Shown here in pieces: positions 27,241 to 36,839 of a DNA stretch of 64,000 nucleotides (the stretch's first letter is position 1; each line of letters begins with the position of its first letter). The notes under the pieces were generated by a model that searched no databases, was not told the origin of the DNA, and saw nothing but the letters and a program-made list of their open reading frames with translations. Origin of the DNA: Myxococcota bacterium (GTDB lineage: Bacteria > Myxococcota_A > UBA796 > UBA2385); assembly GCA_044344255.1 (NCBI GenBank), contig JBIJDH010000014.1, positions 32,001 to 96,000 on the forward strand, in the 5' to 3' direction. A program made the translations under genes and the position numbers.

Positions 27241-28377
27241 ATGTTCCTCCTCTTCATCGGGGGGCTCCTGGGCGTGGGCTCCGCCCTCGCGCAGGAGGGC
27301 GGCATGCCCTCCGCTGGCGCCGCGCCCCAGTCCATGAACCCCGACATCGCGCTCATCGCCGACGTCGCCGCGGCGTGGTTCTCCGCCGACGAGCCCATGC
27401 AAGGCGGCGGGCATGACCCGACCGCCAACGGCTTCAACCTTCAGCAGCTCGAGCTGTCGGTCGGCAAGCCGGTTGACCCCTTCTTCCGCTTCGACGCCAA
27501 CATCGTCTTCAGCCTCTATGGCGTGGAGATCGAGGAGGTCTACGCGACGACGCTGGGGCTCCCGGCCCGCACCCAGCTCCGGGCGGGGCAGCTCCTCACC
27601 CGCTTTGGGCGAGGTAACCCCACCCATCCGCACGCCTGGGACTTCGCAGACCAGCCCTTCCCGATCGGGCGAGTCTTCGGCGGAGAGGGCAACCGCGGCC
27701 TCGGGGTCGAGGGCTCGATCCTGGTGCCCACGCCCTGGTTCGCCGAGCTCATCGTCTCCGAGACCGGCGCCGCCGGCGAATCGACGGCGCGCAGCTTCTA
27801 CGGCGCGGACGACCAAGGCGTGGAGACCCCCGCCGACCTGCAGAGCACGGTGGCCCTCAAGCAGTTCTTCCCGATCGGGGATGACCTGTCGCTCAACTGG
27901 GGCCTCTCCTTCGCAGGCGGGCCCAACCCGAGCGGGCGCGGCAACCGCTCGGAGGTCTACGGCTCCGACCTGTACCTGAAGTACCGGCCGATCTCCCGGG
28001 GGGCCTCCACCTACGCCTCGCTGACGAGCGAGTGGTTCCTCCGCCGCCGTCAGCTCCCCGGAGACGTGCTGCAAGACCTCTCCGGCTACACCCAGCTCGC
28101 CTGGAAGTTCAGCCAGCGGTGGGGGCTCTCCGCGCGACACGAGATCGGCCTGCCCGCCACCGGCGAGGACGGCGAGATCGCGGCCGACAACCTCGATCCG
28201 GAGTGGACCGACACCCGCCAGCGGGTGAGCGCCGCCACCACCTTCTGGCCCTCTGAGTTCTCGCGGGTCCGCCTCCAGGGTTCGGCCAACATGCCAGGTT
28301 GGATGCCCGTTCCAGAGTACGCCGCCTTCCTCACTTTCGAGTTCGCCGTGGGTGCCCACGGCGCGCACGCCTTCTAG
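27241..28377 (+). CDS. Zinc-regulated outer-membrane receptor/porin
   Basis: NPDIALI.D, EL.....VDP, EIEE.Y, FG..N..HPH.W.F.D.P, PSEFSR.R.Q and terminal GAHGAHAF. Confidence 0.88.
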   Translation: MFLLFIGGLLGVGSALAQEGGMPSAGAAPQSMNPDIALIADVAAAWFSADEPMQGGGHDPTANGFNLQQLELSVGKPVDPFFRFDANIVFSLYGVEIEEVYATTLGLPARTQLRAGQLLTRFGRGNPTHPHAWDFADQPFPIGRVFGGEGNRGLGVEGSILVPTPWFAELIVSETGAAGESTARSFYGADDQGVETPADLQSTVALKQFFPIGDDLSLNWGLSFAGGPNPSGRGNRSEVYGSDLYLKYRPISRGASTYASLTSEWFLRRRQLPGDVLQDLSGYTQLAWKFSQRWGLSARHEIGLPATGEDGEIAADNLDPEWTDTRQRVSAATTFWPSEFSRVRLQGSANMPGWMPVPEYAAFLTFEFAVGAHGAHAF

Positions 28378-28389
28378 TTCGGAGCGCCC

Positions 28390-29301
28390 ATGCGTCCTGC
28401 TCTGCTCTCCTTCTTTTTGCTCCTCGCCGGCCTCGTCCTCCCCCGATCGGCCTACGCCACGCTCAAGGTGGTCACCACGACCTCGGACCTCGCGGCCATC
28501 GCCCAGGAGGTCGGTCAGGACCGGATCAAGGTCACGGCCCTGGCCCTCGCCAGCCAGGACCCCCACTTCGTCGACGCTCGACCGAACCTCGCCCTGCAGC
28601 TCTCGAAGGCGGACCTGCTGCTCGTGGTCGGCCTCGACCTCGAGATCGGGTGGCTCCCGGTGCTCCAGTCCGGCTCGCGCAACCCCGCGATCCAGAAGGG
28701 CAGCAAGGGCTACCTCGACTGCTCGACGCTCGTGCGGCTCCTCGAGGTGCCCACCACCCAGATCGACCGTTCGATGGGCGACATTCACCCCGGCGGCAAC
28801 CCGCACTACCTCTATGACCCCCGCAACGCGGTCTCCCTCTCCCTCGGCCTCGCTCGAAAGTTCGGTGAGCTCGACCCCAACAACGCGGCCGCCTACACCG
28901 CCGCGGCGCAAGACTTCATCCGCCGCCTCGGCGAAGCGCGCACCGGCTGGGAGGCCGCGCTCGCCCCCCTCAAAGGCGCGCCCACCGTGGGCTTCCACAA
29001 GTCGTTCCCCTACCTCGCCGACTGGGTCGGCCTCGACATGATCGAGCACATCGAGCCGAAGCCAGGGATCCCGCCCGCGCCCTCCCATGTCGCCCATGTG
29101 CTCGACGTGATGAGGCAGCGCAACGTGAAGCTGATCATCCAGGAGGCCTACTACGGCGACCCCACCGGCAAGGACCTCGGCGGTCGCACCGGCGCGCACC
29201 TCGCCCTCATCCCGGGGGGCACCGACTTCGCCGGGGGCGAGACCTTCATCCAGCACACGCAGAAGGTGGTCGACACCCTGCTGAAGGGAGGCAAACCATG
29301 A
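28390..29301 (+). CDS. Metal ABC transporter substrate-binding protein (ZnuA/TroA family)
   Basis: LKVVTT..DL, QDPHF, G.DLE.GW, GDIHPGGNPHY, EPKPGIPP.P.H motifs. Confidence 0.95.
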   Translation: MRPALLSFFLLLAGLVLPRSAYATLKVVTTTSDLAAIAQEVGQDRIKVTALALASQDPHFVDARPNLALQLSKADLLLVVGLDLEIGWLPVLQSGSRNPAIQKGSKGYLDCSTLVRLLEVPTTQIDRSMGDIHPGGNPHYLYDPRNAVSLSLGLARKFGELDPNNAAAYTAAAQDFIRRLGEARTGWEAALAPLKGAPTVGFHKSFPYLADWVGLDMIEHIEPKPGIPPAPSHVAHVLDVMRQRNVKLIIQEAYYGDPTGKDLGGRTGAHLALIPGGTDFAGGETFIQHTQKVVDTLLKGGKP

Positions 29302-30128
29302 GGATCGCCCCACCTCTCGCCCTGGCGCTGCTGCTCGGCGCCTGCACCTTCAGCCCCGGACAGGGCTGGGGGACCCTTGAAGAAGCAACCTTCGAGGCGG
29401 CGCTCCGCCCCGGCGAGGCCCGGGACCTCGGCGACGGAGCCTTCCTGGTCCTCCCCGGCTACACCTTCACCGTCGAGGCGGCCACGGCCACCTTCGGCCC
29501 GCTCGAGCTCCTGGAGCTCCAGGGTGGGGGCGGAGGCGGGGGAGCCTTCGACCCCGCGGACCCTCCGGAGGGCTACGGCCTCTGCCATGGCGGGCACTGC
29601 CACGCCGACGACGGCGGCCTCGTGTCCTACGCCGAGATCGAGGCCGAGCTGGCCGGCGGGAGCGCCGCCTTCGTCCCGGTGGTCAGCCTCCCGCTCGAGG
29701 GCGACTTTGACCTCGGCGCACCGGCGCCCCGCGCCCTCGACGCGGGCGATCCCACAGCGGAGCTCGACGCGGCCGACATCGGCCTCATCCGCGTGTCGAT
29801 CGAGCGCCTGCAGATCCGCGGCGCCTTCAGCGGCGGCCCGACCGACGCCGAGCTCAGCGCCCCAGTCGCCGTGACGATCGACCTCACGACGCCCGGCGAC
29901 CTCTCCGCGGGCGTCGAGCTGCCGATCGGCCGGGGTGAGGACCCGCGGATCTCTCTCGCGGCCTCGCTCGAGATCGACGGCACCCTCCTCGACGGCCTCG
30001 ACCCTGCGACCCTCGCCGTCGACGATGCGCTCGTCATCGACGACGCGGACGCACCCGGCGCCACGCTCCTCTTGGAGAACCTCTCCCTCAACGCGCTGCA
30101 GGTCGACATCACCCGCGCCCGAGACTGA
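29298..30128 (+). CDS. Lipoprotein with CHGGHCH metal-binding motif
   Basis: LLGAC lipobox; FDPADPPEGYGLCHGGHCHADDG; ATGA coupling to the upstream gene. Confidence 0.85.
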   Translation: MRIAPPLALALLLGACTFSPGQGWGTLEEATFEAALRPGEARDLGDGAFLVLPGYTFTVEAATATFGPLELLELQGGGGGGGAFDPADPPEGYGLCHGGHCHADDGGLVSYAEIEAELAGGSAAFVPVVSLPLEGDFDLGAPAPRALDAGDPTAELDAADIGLIRVSIERLQIRGAFSGGPTDAELSAPVAVTIDLTTPGDLSAGVELPIGRGEDPRISLAASLEIDGTLLDGLDPATLAVDDALVIDDADAPGATLLLENLSLNALQVDITRARD

Positions 30129-30195
30129 GCCCCCTCCTCCCCCCTCCTCTCCTCTGCCCCTACCCGCCCGCTGTTGGGCGCCCTCGGTGAAGTTC

Positions 30196-30705
30196 ATGCT
30201 CCGCCCCCCGACCACCACCCATCCCCTCCTCCTCCCCCTCTTCCCCCTCCTCGCCCTCCTCGCCGCCTGCGCCGACAAGGGCGACTCCGGCGCCGAGGTC
30301 GAGGACCCTCTGTCGCACGCCTGCGAGTACACCGCCGAGCTGGGCAGCGCCGTGACGGCCGGCGCCGACCGCGCCTCCGCCCCCGCCTTCCCGCTCGGAG
30401 AGGAGCCCGCCACGGTCACCCTGGTCCCCGGCGCCACCGGGTACCTCAAGGTCGAGGTCACCGGCGACACCGCGGCGCTGCTCTTCGCGGGCACCGCCGA
30501 TGTCGTGAACGGCCTCTCTCAGGGCGACTCCGCCGCCACCCTCCCCACCGGCGCCCCCAACGAGCGCTGCGCCGACGACATCCCCGAGCACTTCGACCTC
30601 GACTTTCATGAGGCCGGCGACTGGTACATCGAGGTCGGTCCGGCCGCCATCGAGAGCGTCTGGCTGATGCTGACCTCCGCCGAAGGACACACACACGATG
30701 AGTGA
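30196..30705 (+). CDS. Lipoprotein, His/Cys-containing
   Basis: LLAAC lipobox; HACE motif; C-terminal GHTHDE; overlaps the ATPase gene start. Confidence 0.8.
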   Translation: MLRPPTTTHPLLLPLFPLLALLAACADKGDSGAEVEDPLSHACEYTAELGSAVTAGADRASAPAFPLGEEPATVTLVPGATGYLKVEVTGDTAALLFAGTADVVNGLSQGDSAATLPTGAPNERCADDIPEHFDLDFHEAGDWYIEVGPAAIESVWLMLTSAEGHTHDE

Positions 30706-31576
30706 CTCACCCATCCAGGGCGCCCTCCTCCGCTGTGAGGGCCTGCTCGTGGGCTACGGCGGCAAGGCCCTGCTCCCTGCGGTCGACCTCGAGATCGCGT
30801 CAGGGGAGTTCTGGTCCGTGATCGGGCGGAACGGCTCGGGAAAGTCGACCTGGTTCCGCACGCTGCTCGGGCTCATCCCGCCGGTGGGCGGTCAAGTCGT
30901 CTGGCCGAACGGCAAGGTCAAGCTCACCTACGTGGCGCAGCGCATCCGCTTCGACGACCTCATCCCCGTGAGCGTCGAGCAGGTGGTGGCCATGGGCCTC
31001 GAGCGCGGCTGGTCCTTCCTCGGTCCTCGACCGAAGATGACCGAGAAGGTGGCCGACGCCCTCGAGGCCGTCAAGGCCGACCACCTCGCCGACCGCACCT
31101 TCCGTTCGCTCTCCGAGGGGCAGAAGCAGCGGGTGCTCCTCGCGCGCATGGTCGCCTCCGGGGCGCAGGTGGCCCTGCTCGACGAGCCCACCGCGGCGAT
31201 GGACGCCGTCGCGGAGCACGAGGCGATGACGCTGCTCTCCGAGCTACGGGCCCGCTACAACATGGCGGTGATCGTAGTCAGCCACCACCTCGAAGAGGCC
31301 CTGGAGCACGCCGATCGCGTGGTCTTCTTCGATCCCGACGCGGGGGTGGTGATCAATGACACGCCGCGGGGCCTGCAAGCGAGGCCCGAGTTCCTCGCCC
31401 GCTACGGCGCACACCTGAACGAGGTTCAAGGGCAGGTCCACCACGGAGAGGTCGGCGGCGGCGCCTCGCACCCTTCGACGCGCTCCCACGGTCACGGCCA
31501 CGGCCACGGTAACAGTCACGGCCACGGCCACGGCCACGGTCCGGGGAAGGGCCCCGGGGAGACGGAGCCCTCATGA
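30698..31576 (+). CDS. Metal ABC transporter ATP-binding protein (ZnuC-like) with His-Gly tail
   Basis: GRNGSGKS, LSEGQKQR, LLDEPT and VSH motifs; (HG)n C-terminus. Confidence 0.95.
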   Translation: MSDSPIQGALLRCEGLLVGYGGKALLPAVDLEIASGEFWSVIGRNGSGKSTWFRTLLGLIPPVGGQVVWPNGKVKLTYVAQRIRFDDLIPVSVEQVVAMGLERGWSFLGPRPKMTEKVADALEAVKADHLADRTFRSLSEGQKQRVLLARMVASGAQVALLDEPTAAMDAVAEHEAMTLLSELRARYNMAVIVVSHHLEEALEHADRVVFFDPDAGVVINDTPRGLQARPEFLARYGAHLNEVQGQVHHGEVGGGASHPSTRSHGHGHGHGNSHGHGHGHGPGKGPGETEPS

Positions 31577-32421
31577 CGCCAACCCCCACTTGGGAAGACT
31601 TCGTCGGCGCCTTCGACCTCTTCCGCGACCCCATCCTCTGCGGCGTCGCGGCCGGAGCGGTGCTCGGCTACCTCGGCATCTTCATCGTGCTCCGGCGCAT
31701 GGTCTTCGTGGCGGCGACGCTGACGCAGGCCGCAGGCCTGGGGGTAGCCTTGTCGTTCTACTGCGGCATCCATCTCGGGCTGAGCGTGAACCCGATCGTG
31801 GGAGCGATGGCGCTCTGCCTCGCCACCTCGGGCCTGCTGAGCCTGCGGCCGGAGCGTCTGCATCAGTCCCGCGACGCGATCCTCGCCCTGGCTTGGCTGA
31901 TCGCCGGCAGCGCCACGATCCTCGTGGGCGACCGGATCACGCAGGAGGCGCACGACATCGCGGGCATCCTCTTCGGCTCGGGCGTGCTCGTGCGGCCGAT
32001 CGACCTCATGCTCGTGCTCGTGCTCGGCGGGATCACCCTCTTCATCGGGATCTGGTGGCAGCGGGGCTTCCTGCTCACCACCTTTGACGCCGACGGATCC
32101 CGCGTCCAGGGCCTGCCGGTGCGCCTCCTCGAGCTCACCCTGCTCGTGCTGATCACGATGTCGGTGTCGGTCTGCACCCGGGCGCTCGGGGCGCTGCCCG
32201 TCTTCGCCTTCTCGGTGCTCCCAGCGATGGCGGCGATGATCCTCGTGCCCAACCTGAGGTGGGCCTTCCCGCTCGCCACGCTCTTCGGGGCCGCAGCGGG
32301 AGGGCTCGGCTATCTCGCCGCGTTCTTCCTTTCCTTCCCCGTTGGAGCATCGCAGACGGCCGCCGCCACTGCGCTCGTGCTGCTGGCGATCCCGGTGCGC
32401 TTGATCTGGCGCGCCGCCTGA
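31573..32421 (+). CDS. Metal ABC transporter permease (ZnuB / ABC-3 family)
   Basis: LG.FIVLRRM, ILFGS, TFD......G, LG.L.V....VLP motifs; multi-TM. Confidence 0.95.
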   Translation: MTPTPTWEDFVGAFDLFRDPILCGVAAGAVLGYLGIFIVLRRMVFVAATLTQAAGLGVALSFYCGIHLGLSVNPIVGAMALCLATSGLLSLRPERLHQSRDAILALAWLIAGSATILVGDRITQEAHDIAGILFGSGVLVRPIDLMLVLVLGGITLFIGIWWQRGFLLTTFDADGSRVQGLPVRLLELTLLVLITMSVSVCTRALGALPVFAFSVLPAMAAMILVPNLRWAFPLATLFGAAAGGLGYLAAFFLSFPVGASQTAAATALVLLAIPVRLIWRAA

Positions 32422-32439
32422 GCCGCGACCGCTCCGCGC

Positions 32440-33780
32440 TCAGAGGCCGAGGTTGCGGTCGATCGCCTGCAAGGCGTTGCGGAGGTCTGCGTCGCGCACC
32501 ATCTCCGACTTCACCTTCTTGCAGGCGTGCTGGACGGTGGCGTGGTCTCGCTCGAAGACGCGGCCGATCTCGGGGAAGGAGAGGCCGGTGTGCTCGCGCA
32601 CCATCCACATCGCGACGTGGCGCGGCCGGACGAGCTGCTTCAGCCGTCGCGTGCCCATCAGGTCCCCCACCTTGATGTTGTAGAAGTTCGCCACCGTGAG
32701 GATGATGTCGTCGGCCGAAGGGGCCTTCGGCGCGTCGGCGAGCACGCTGCCGAGGTGCTGACGCGCGAACTCGAGGGTGGGCGGCGCCCGGTGCAGCCGA
32801 CAGAGGGCGGAGAGGCGGTTCAGCACCCCCTCGACCTCGCGGATGCTCCCACGGACCCGCGCCGCGATGTACTGCCCGAGCTCCGGCGGGAGATCGAGCC
32901 CGAGGTCATGGGCCTTCTGGTGGAGGATGGCGACGAGGGTCTCCAGATCAGGGGGCTGCATGTCGGCCAGCATCCCGCTCTCACAGCGAGTGCGGAGGCG
33001 AGGCTCGAAGCCCTTGATCTCCCTCGGCAGGACGTCGGCGGTGAACACGATCTGCTGGCCGCGCTCCTTGAGCCACTCGAAGGTGTGGAAGAGCTCCTCC
33101 TGGGTGCGGTCCTTGCCGGTCAGGAACTGCACGTCGTCCATCAGGAGAACCGTTAGGGTCTTCCTATATTTATCCCGGAACTCCGACATCTGACGGAAGC
33201 GCAGGGCCTCGATGAGCTCGTTCGTGAACTGCTCCGCGGTGCAGTACAGCAGGCGCGCGGTGGGATCTGCCGATCGGATCTGGTTGCCGATCGCGTGCAT
33301 GAGGTGGGTCTTGCCGAGGCCCGTGCTCCCGTAGATGAAGAGCGGGTTGTACTGGGCCTCCCCGGGAGTGTCGGCCACGGCGAGCGAGGCGGCGTGGGCG
33401 AACTGGTTGCAAGCGCCCACCACGAAGTTGTCGAAGGTCTTCTCGGTGGAGACGCCGGGGATGGGCCGGCTCGGCGCCACCGCGACGGGCTCCTCCGGGG
33501 CCTCCTCCTCCTGCGCCTCCGCGGGCGCCTCGAGGGCGGCCGCCCGATCGATGTCGAAGCGGATCGTGAGCGGCCGGCCGAGGAGCCCTTCGAGCTCATC
33601 TCGCAGGGCACCCTCGTAGTTGGCCTGCACCCAATCACGGTAGTAGCGGTTCGGCACCAGCAGCTCGACCACGTCCGTCACCGGGCGAGCCAGCCGGATC
33701 GGCCGGATCCAGATCTCGTAGTTCTGCGTGCCCAGCTTCTCTCGAAGAGACGACTGGACCTGATCCCAGATCTGGTTCAT
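32440..33780 (-). CDS. dnaA: Chromosomal replication initiator DnaA
   Basis: TFDNFVVG..N, YNPLFIYGSTGLGKTHL, DDVQFL.GK..TQEE.FH, REVEG and RDHATV motifs. Confidence 0.98.
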   Translation of the reverse strand: MNQIWDQVQSSLREKLGTQNYEIWIRPIRLARPVTDVVELLVPNRYYRDWVQANYEGALRDELEGLLGRPLTIRFDIDRAAALEAPAEAQEEEAPEEPVAVAPSRPIPGVSTEKTFDNFVVGACNQFAHAASLAVADTPGEAQYNPLFIYGSTGLGKTHLMHAIGNQIRSADPTARLLYCTAEQFTNELIEALRFRQMSEFRDKYRKTLTVLLMDDVQFLTGKDRTQEELFHTFEWLKERGQQIVFTADVLPREIKGFEPRLRTRCESGMLADMQPPDLETLVAILHQKAHDLGLDLPPELGQYIAARVRGSIREVEGVLNRLSALCRLHRAPPTLEFARQHLGSVLADAPKAPSADDIILTVANFYNIKVGDLMGTRRLKQLVRPRHVAMWMVREHTGLSFPEIGRVFERDHATVQHACKKVKSEMVRDADLRNALQAIDRNLGL

Positions 33781-33978
33781 GGGCTGCGCTCCCTGGCGCC
33801 GGTCAGCGCGTCACGGACGCCCCACCGAAGGCAGGCACAGGGGAGAATGGGCGAAATTGGGAGGGTCACCAAGATCCACCGCGGACCGCTGACCGTAACC
33901 ACGGCCCCGCTGGAGGCACAAGGCCGGCGCGAGGGGCCCGGCGCCGCTCCGCCGTGCCTGGATCTCGCTTCCAGGTGC

Positions 33979-34007
33979 ATTCTCCGAGAGCGCCGCTTGA
34001 ATGTCAA
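33979..34007 (-). promoter_or_regulatory. Putative sigma70 promoter of dnaA
   Basis: Minus strand TTGACA-N17-GAGAAT. Confidence 0.6.
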
Positions 34008-34113
34008 ACTTCGCCCACCTTGAACGATCGGCCCTCCATCGGGATCCCGGTCGATCTGCGCGACGCCACCCCGAAGGGAGCGCGGCTCCTCGCGCTCGCC
34101 GAGCCATCTCCTC

Positions 34114-34142
34114 TTGACCGCGCCCCCTCGCTCAAATAGGCC
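34114..34142 (+). promoter_or_regulatory. Putative sigma70 promoter of the rpmH operon
   Basis: TTGACC-N17-TAGGCC; the -10 box is weak. Confidence 0.4.
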
Positions 34143-34324
34143 CCCGGGCTGTCGAAGCAGGCCCGGGGCAAACACCCGCTCCTTGCGACCCAGACATCCA
34201 GGCACTCAGGCGGCGCCCCGGCTTCAACCGGGGTCAAGCCTTCCCCCTCGCGGGTCCCCGGTCCGGCTCTCCATCTGGAGCTCGGCGGGAGGCCGGCCAG
34301 ATTGAAGAGAATTCGGAGGTTGTG

Positions 34325-34480
34325 GTGAAGCGGACGTACCAGCCGAGCAACATCAAGCGCAAGCGCACCCATGGATTTCGGGCACGGATGAAGTCCCCGG
34401 GCGGCCGCAAGGTCCTCTCCCGTCGTCGGGCCAAGGGCCGCAAGCGGCTCGTCGCGACCATCCCGACCAAGGCGAATTGA
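34325..34480 (+). CDS. rpmH: 50S ribosomal protein L34 (absent from the ORF track)
   Basis: Translated by hand as [63 protein letters not shown] start. Confidence 0.98.
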   Translation: MKRTYQPSNIKRKRTHGFRARMKSPGGRKVLSRRRAKGRKRLVATIPTKAN

Positions 34481-34887
34481 TCCTCGCTGGCTTCGGCCTC
34501 CCCCGGCAGAGCCGGCTTCGAAAGCGGCCGGACTACCTGCGGGTCCAGGATGGCGGGCGGCACATTCGCCAGCCGCACCTGCTCCTGCTGTTCCTGCCGG
34601 GTCGGGCCGATGCGAGCCGCGTTGGCCTGACCGTCAGCAAGAAAGTGGGCAACGCCGTGATGCGCAACCGCGTGAAACGCTGGCTCCGGGAGGCCGTCCG
34701 CCACGAGCGAACCGGGCTCCGCGGCTGCTGGGACGTCGTGGTCATCGCACATCCGAGCGCCCTTCATGCGGGCTACACGGCCCTGCGCGAGCAGATCTCC
34801 AGCGCCTTCTCCCGCGTCGGTGGCTCCGCCCGCCCAAGCAGCGGGCCGCGCGCCTCGTCGGTCCGGCCGGCAGGGGCTCGCCCATGA
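34477..34887 (+). CDS. rnpA: Ribonuclease P protein component
   Basis: [25 protein letters not shown] (RNR motif); synteny. Confidence 0.96.
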   Translation: MILAGFGLPRQSRLRKRPDYLRVQDGGRHIRQPHLLLLFLPGRADASRVGLTVSKKVGNAVMRNRVKRWLREAVRHERTGLRGCWDVVVIAHPSALHAGYTALREQISSAFSRVGGSARPSSGPRASSVRPAGARP

Positions 34888-34897
34888 GCTCCCGCCG

Positions 34898-35149
34898 ATG
34901 AAGCCGAGCGACCCCTTCCTCTGGACGATCCGGGGCTATCAGCGCCTGATCTCCAGACACATGCCCCCGGTGTGCCGGTTCTACCCCTCCTGCAGCCAAT
35001 ATGCGGTCGGGGCCATCCGGGTCCACGGGGTCTGGCGGGGCTCGGTCTTGGCCGCCTGGCGAATTCTCCGTTGTAATCCATTCAGTCCCGGTGGAGACGA
35101 CCCCGTCCCCCCGCGGGCCGCAGAGCTGGGAGCCGGTCGTGGAGAGTAA
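34898..35149 (+). CDS. yidD: Membrane protein insertion efficiency factor
   Basis: YQRLIS...[11 protein letters not shown]...[14 protein letters not shown]. Confidence 0.95.
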   Translation: MKPSDPFLWTIRGYQRLISRHMPPVCRFYPSCSQYAVGAIRVHGVWRGSVLAAWRILRCNPFSPGGDDPVPPRAAELGAGRGE

Positions 35150-36827
35150 CAACCAGGACCGCCGAATGATCTACGCCGTCGCGTTGATGGCGGCGGTCTA
35201 CTTCGTCTGGTCGAGCTGGTTCGCCCCCAAGCCGACGAAGTCGGCGGCGAAGGCAGCCGCCACCGCATCGGCCCCGGCCGAGGCCACCGCCACAGCGGAG
35301 GCTGGCAGCGCTCCCACCGTCGCCTCGGTGGGCAACGCCCCCTCGGACGTGGTCGTGCCCAACGAGGGCAAGACCTGGACCGGCGACGGCTGGACGAGCG
35401 AGCTGCACGCCCGTAACGGCTCCCTCCGCTCGCTCACCCTCAACGACTACACCGACGCCGCCACCGTCACCCCCTGGTGGGACTGGCTCGTGGCCCGCGT
35501 CATGGGACGCACACAAGAGGGCTGGAGCCCGAACTCGGGCGGCGGAGACCCGCACCGCCTCCTCACCGAAGAGGGCGCCCTCACCCTCGCGGGCGGCGGA
35601 GCGCTCGACGATGACGGCGCGGGCGTCCAGGACGGCGCGCCCGCCTACCTCATCACCGCCGACGGCGACGCGCTCGTCGCGACCCGCACCCGCGCCGACG
35701 GCCTGCGCATCCAGAAGCGCTACGCGCCGGGCCCCCACCCCTTCACGGTCGATGTCACCGTCAGCTTCCAGAACAACGGTACAGCGCCCATCAACGGCCT
35801 CTGGGTCGGCATGGCGGACCGCCTCGGCGGCGCCGACGGCCGCTTCTCGAACGCCGTGCGCCCGGTGGCCTACGCCGACGAGACGGTCGAACACACGCTC
35901 AGCCTCGAAGACACCCTCGGCGACAAGAAGGTCGATCACGAGGGCCCGGTCACTTGGTTCGGGCTCAGCGACCGCTTCTTCATGGCGGTGCTCGCCCCCG
36001 ACGAGCCCGTGGCCAGCGTCGTGGTCAATGACCTGCCCGGAGGCCGGATCGGCACCTTCTGGGTGGATCCCACCGTCTTGCCGCCCGGTCAGAGCCGAAG
36101 CCAGCACTTCACGAGCTTCGTCGGGCCGAAGAACCTCGACCTCATGAAGCCGGTGGGCCACGACCTCGAGTCCTCGGTGGAGCTCGGCTGGTTCGCCTTC
36201 TTCGCGCGCCCGCTGCTGTTCCTGCTCAAGATCTTCCACATGGGCGTCGGCAACTGGGGGGTCTCGATCATCCTCCTGACCCTGCTCATCAAGCTGGTCT
36301 TCTTCCCGGTGACCCAGAAGAGCTTCGCCTCGAGCGCGAAGATGCAGGCCCTCCAGCCCGCCCTCACCGAGCTCCGCGAGAAGTTCAAGGACAGCCCCGA
36401 GCTCCAGGGCCAGGAGACGCTCAAGCTCTACCAGAAGCACGGCGTGAACCCGGTCGGCGGCTGCCTGCCCCAGCTCCTCACCATCCCCGTCTGGATCGCG
36501 CTCTACAACGTGCTGCTGCACAGCGTCGAGCTCTACGACAGCCGCTTCGCCTACATCAAGGACCTCACGGCCCCCGACCCCTTCGGCGTGCTGCCCACGG
36601 TCTACGCGGGCTTGATGTTCGTCCAGCAGCGCTCGATGCCGATGACCGGCATGGACGAGTCCCAGCAGAAGATGATGCGAATGATGCCCTTGATCTTCGC
36701 CTTCTTCATGTACACCTTCCCGAGCGGGCTGGTTCTCTACTCCTCCATCAACATGCTGCTGACCATCGCTCAGCAGAAGCTCATCACGCGGACCAACCCA
36801 GGCCCCGGGCTCCCGAGCCCCGTCTGA
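35139..36827 (+). CDS. yidC: Membrane protein insertase YidC
   Basis: [33 protein letters not shown] and FPSGLVLY motifs; GTG start at 35139. Confidence 0.96.
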   Translation: MESNNQDRRMIYAVALMAAVYFVWSSWFAPKPTKSAAKAAATASAPAEATATAEAGSAPTVASVGNAPSDVVVPNEGKTWTGDGWTSELHARNGSLRSLTLNDYTDAATVTPWWDWLVARVMGRTQEGWSPNSGGGDPHRLLTEEGALTLAGGGALDDDGAGVQDGAPAYLITADGDALVATRTRADGLRIQKRYAPGPHPFTVDVTVSFQNNGTAPINGLWVGMADRLGGADGRFSNAVRPVAYADETVEHTLSLEDTLGDKKVDHEGPVTWFGLSDRFFMAVLAPDEPVASVVVNDLPGGRIGTFWVDPTVLPPGQSRSQHFTSFVGPKNLDLMKPVGHDLESSVELGWFAFFARPLLFLLKIFHMGVGNWGVSIILLTLLIKLVFFPVTQKSFASSAKMQALQPALTELREKFKDSPELQGQETLKLYQKHGVNPVGGCLPQLLTIPVWIALYNVLLHSVELYDSRFAYIKDLTAPDPFGVLPTVYAGLMFVQQRSMPMTGMDESQQKMMRMMPLIFAFFMYTFPSGLVLYSSINMLLTIAQQKLITRTNPGPGLPSPV

Positions 36828-36839
36828 CCGGAGAGGAAG

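Noticed and set aside
34142..34233. Hairpins in the rpmH leader as a riboswitch or ncRNA
   Set aside because: Simple GC stems with no recognisable conserved motif.
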